Below, one piece after another: positions 63,441 to 64,000 of a stretch of 64,000 nt of DNA. Source of the stretch: Eledone cirrhosa (Eukaryota); assembly GCA_964016885.1 (NCBI GenBank), contig OZ024762.1, forward strand, positions 29,636,001 through 29,700,000, in the 5' to 3' direction. Position 1 is the first letter of the stretch, and the number at the start of each line of letters is the position of its first letter. The translations under genes were made by a program, and so were the position numbers. The notes beneath the pieces were generated by a model. It did no database searches, had not been told where the DNA came from, and worked only from the letters and a program-made list of their open reading frames with translations.

Positions 63441-64000
63441 GGCGGGTTTTCTACAGCTGGATGCTCTTCCTAACACCAACCACATTTACAGTGTGGACTG
63501 GGAGATTTTTACCGTGTTGCCTACACGGCCACATTACAGCGTGGACTGTCTGGCGGGTTTTCTACGGCTGGATGCCCTTCCTAACACCAACCACATTTAC
63601 AGTGTGGGGCTGGGAGGTTTTTACTGTGTTGCCTACACAGCCACATTACAGCGTGGACTGTCTGGCGGGTTTTCTACAGCTGGATGCCCTTCCTAACACC
63701 AACTACGTTTACAGTGTGGAACTGGGAGGTTTTTACCGTGTTGCCTACACGGCCACATTACAGCGTGGACTGTCTGGCGGGTTTTCTACGGCTGGATGCC
63801 CTTCCTAACACCAACCACATTTACAGTGTGGGCTGGGAGGTTTTAACCGTGTTGCCTACACGGCCACATTACAGTGTGGACTGTCTGGCGGGTTTTCTAC
63901 AGCTGGATGCCCTTCCTAACACCAACTACGCTTACAGTGTGGAACTGGGAGGTTTTTACCGTGTTGCCTACACGGCCACATTACAGCGTGGACTGTCTGG

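Larger units (their letters stand above)
1..64000. repeat. Tandem satellite DNA array, 111-bp monomer (variants of 109, 110 and 112 bp, plus 52-bp half units), about 575-580 copies, single orientation, running off both ends of the window
   Basis: The same sequence recurs every 111 bp from the first base to the last (e.g. TTTACAGTGT at 421 and 532; ATGCCCTTCC at 175, 286 and 397). Copies differ by only a few substitutions or 1-2 bp indels. No unique sequence was seen. Confidence 0.99.

Noticed and set aside
93-63808. Hundreds of overlapping plus-strand ORFs of up to 670 aa
   Set aside because: They are translations of the satellite in two stop-free frames. They overlap each other, switch frame at 110/112-bp monomers, and have no unique termini or recognisable domains.
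1-64000. CRISPR-like repeat/spacer array (hairpin-bearing ~20-nt repeat CCACATT(T)ACAGYGTGGACTG every 49/62 bp)
   Set aside because: The intervening sequences are the same two segments throughout, not unique spacers. There is no leader and there are no cas genes.
1-64000. Rolling-circle or concatemer sequencing artefact
   Set aside because: Variants are shared among copies in ordered, hierarchical blocks, which indicates evolutionary history and not repeated reading of one template. Local mis-assembly of copy number remains possible.

Overview
The whole 64 kb window is one uninterrupted head-to-tail satellite DNA array: about 575-580 copies of a 111-bp monomer (hand-counted GC about 53%), all in the same orientation. 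Consensus: TTTACAGTGTGGACTGGGAGGTTTTTACCGTGTTGCCTACACGGCCACATTACAGCGTGGACTGTCTGGCGGGTTTTCTACGGCTGGATGCCCTTCCTAACACCAACCACA. I see no real genes, RNA genes, CRISPR spacers, inversions or inserted elements. The ORFs are artefacts of a 37-codon period with two stop-free frames. The structure worth noting lies inside the array. Each monomer is an old dimer of 49-bp and 62-bp subunits and carries three short hairpins, one with a compensatory double change in a common variant. Seven 52-bp deletion half-monomers occur, only in the first 20 kb. Monomer variants recur in a fixed order, and there are nested kb-scale duplications (offsets of about 12, 15, 27, 28, 34, 37 and 40 monomers). Diagnostic variants are layered symmetrically around a homogeneous core at about 23-48 kb. 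CpG-type transitions suggest a methylating eukaryote. From memory only, part of the monomer resembles a retroelement (SINE/RTE-associated) motif common in octopus and other animals. I found no convincing new gene-based system.
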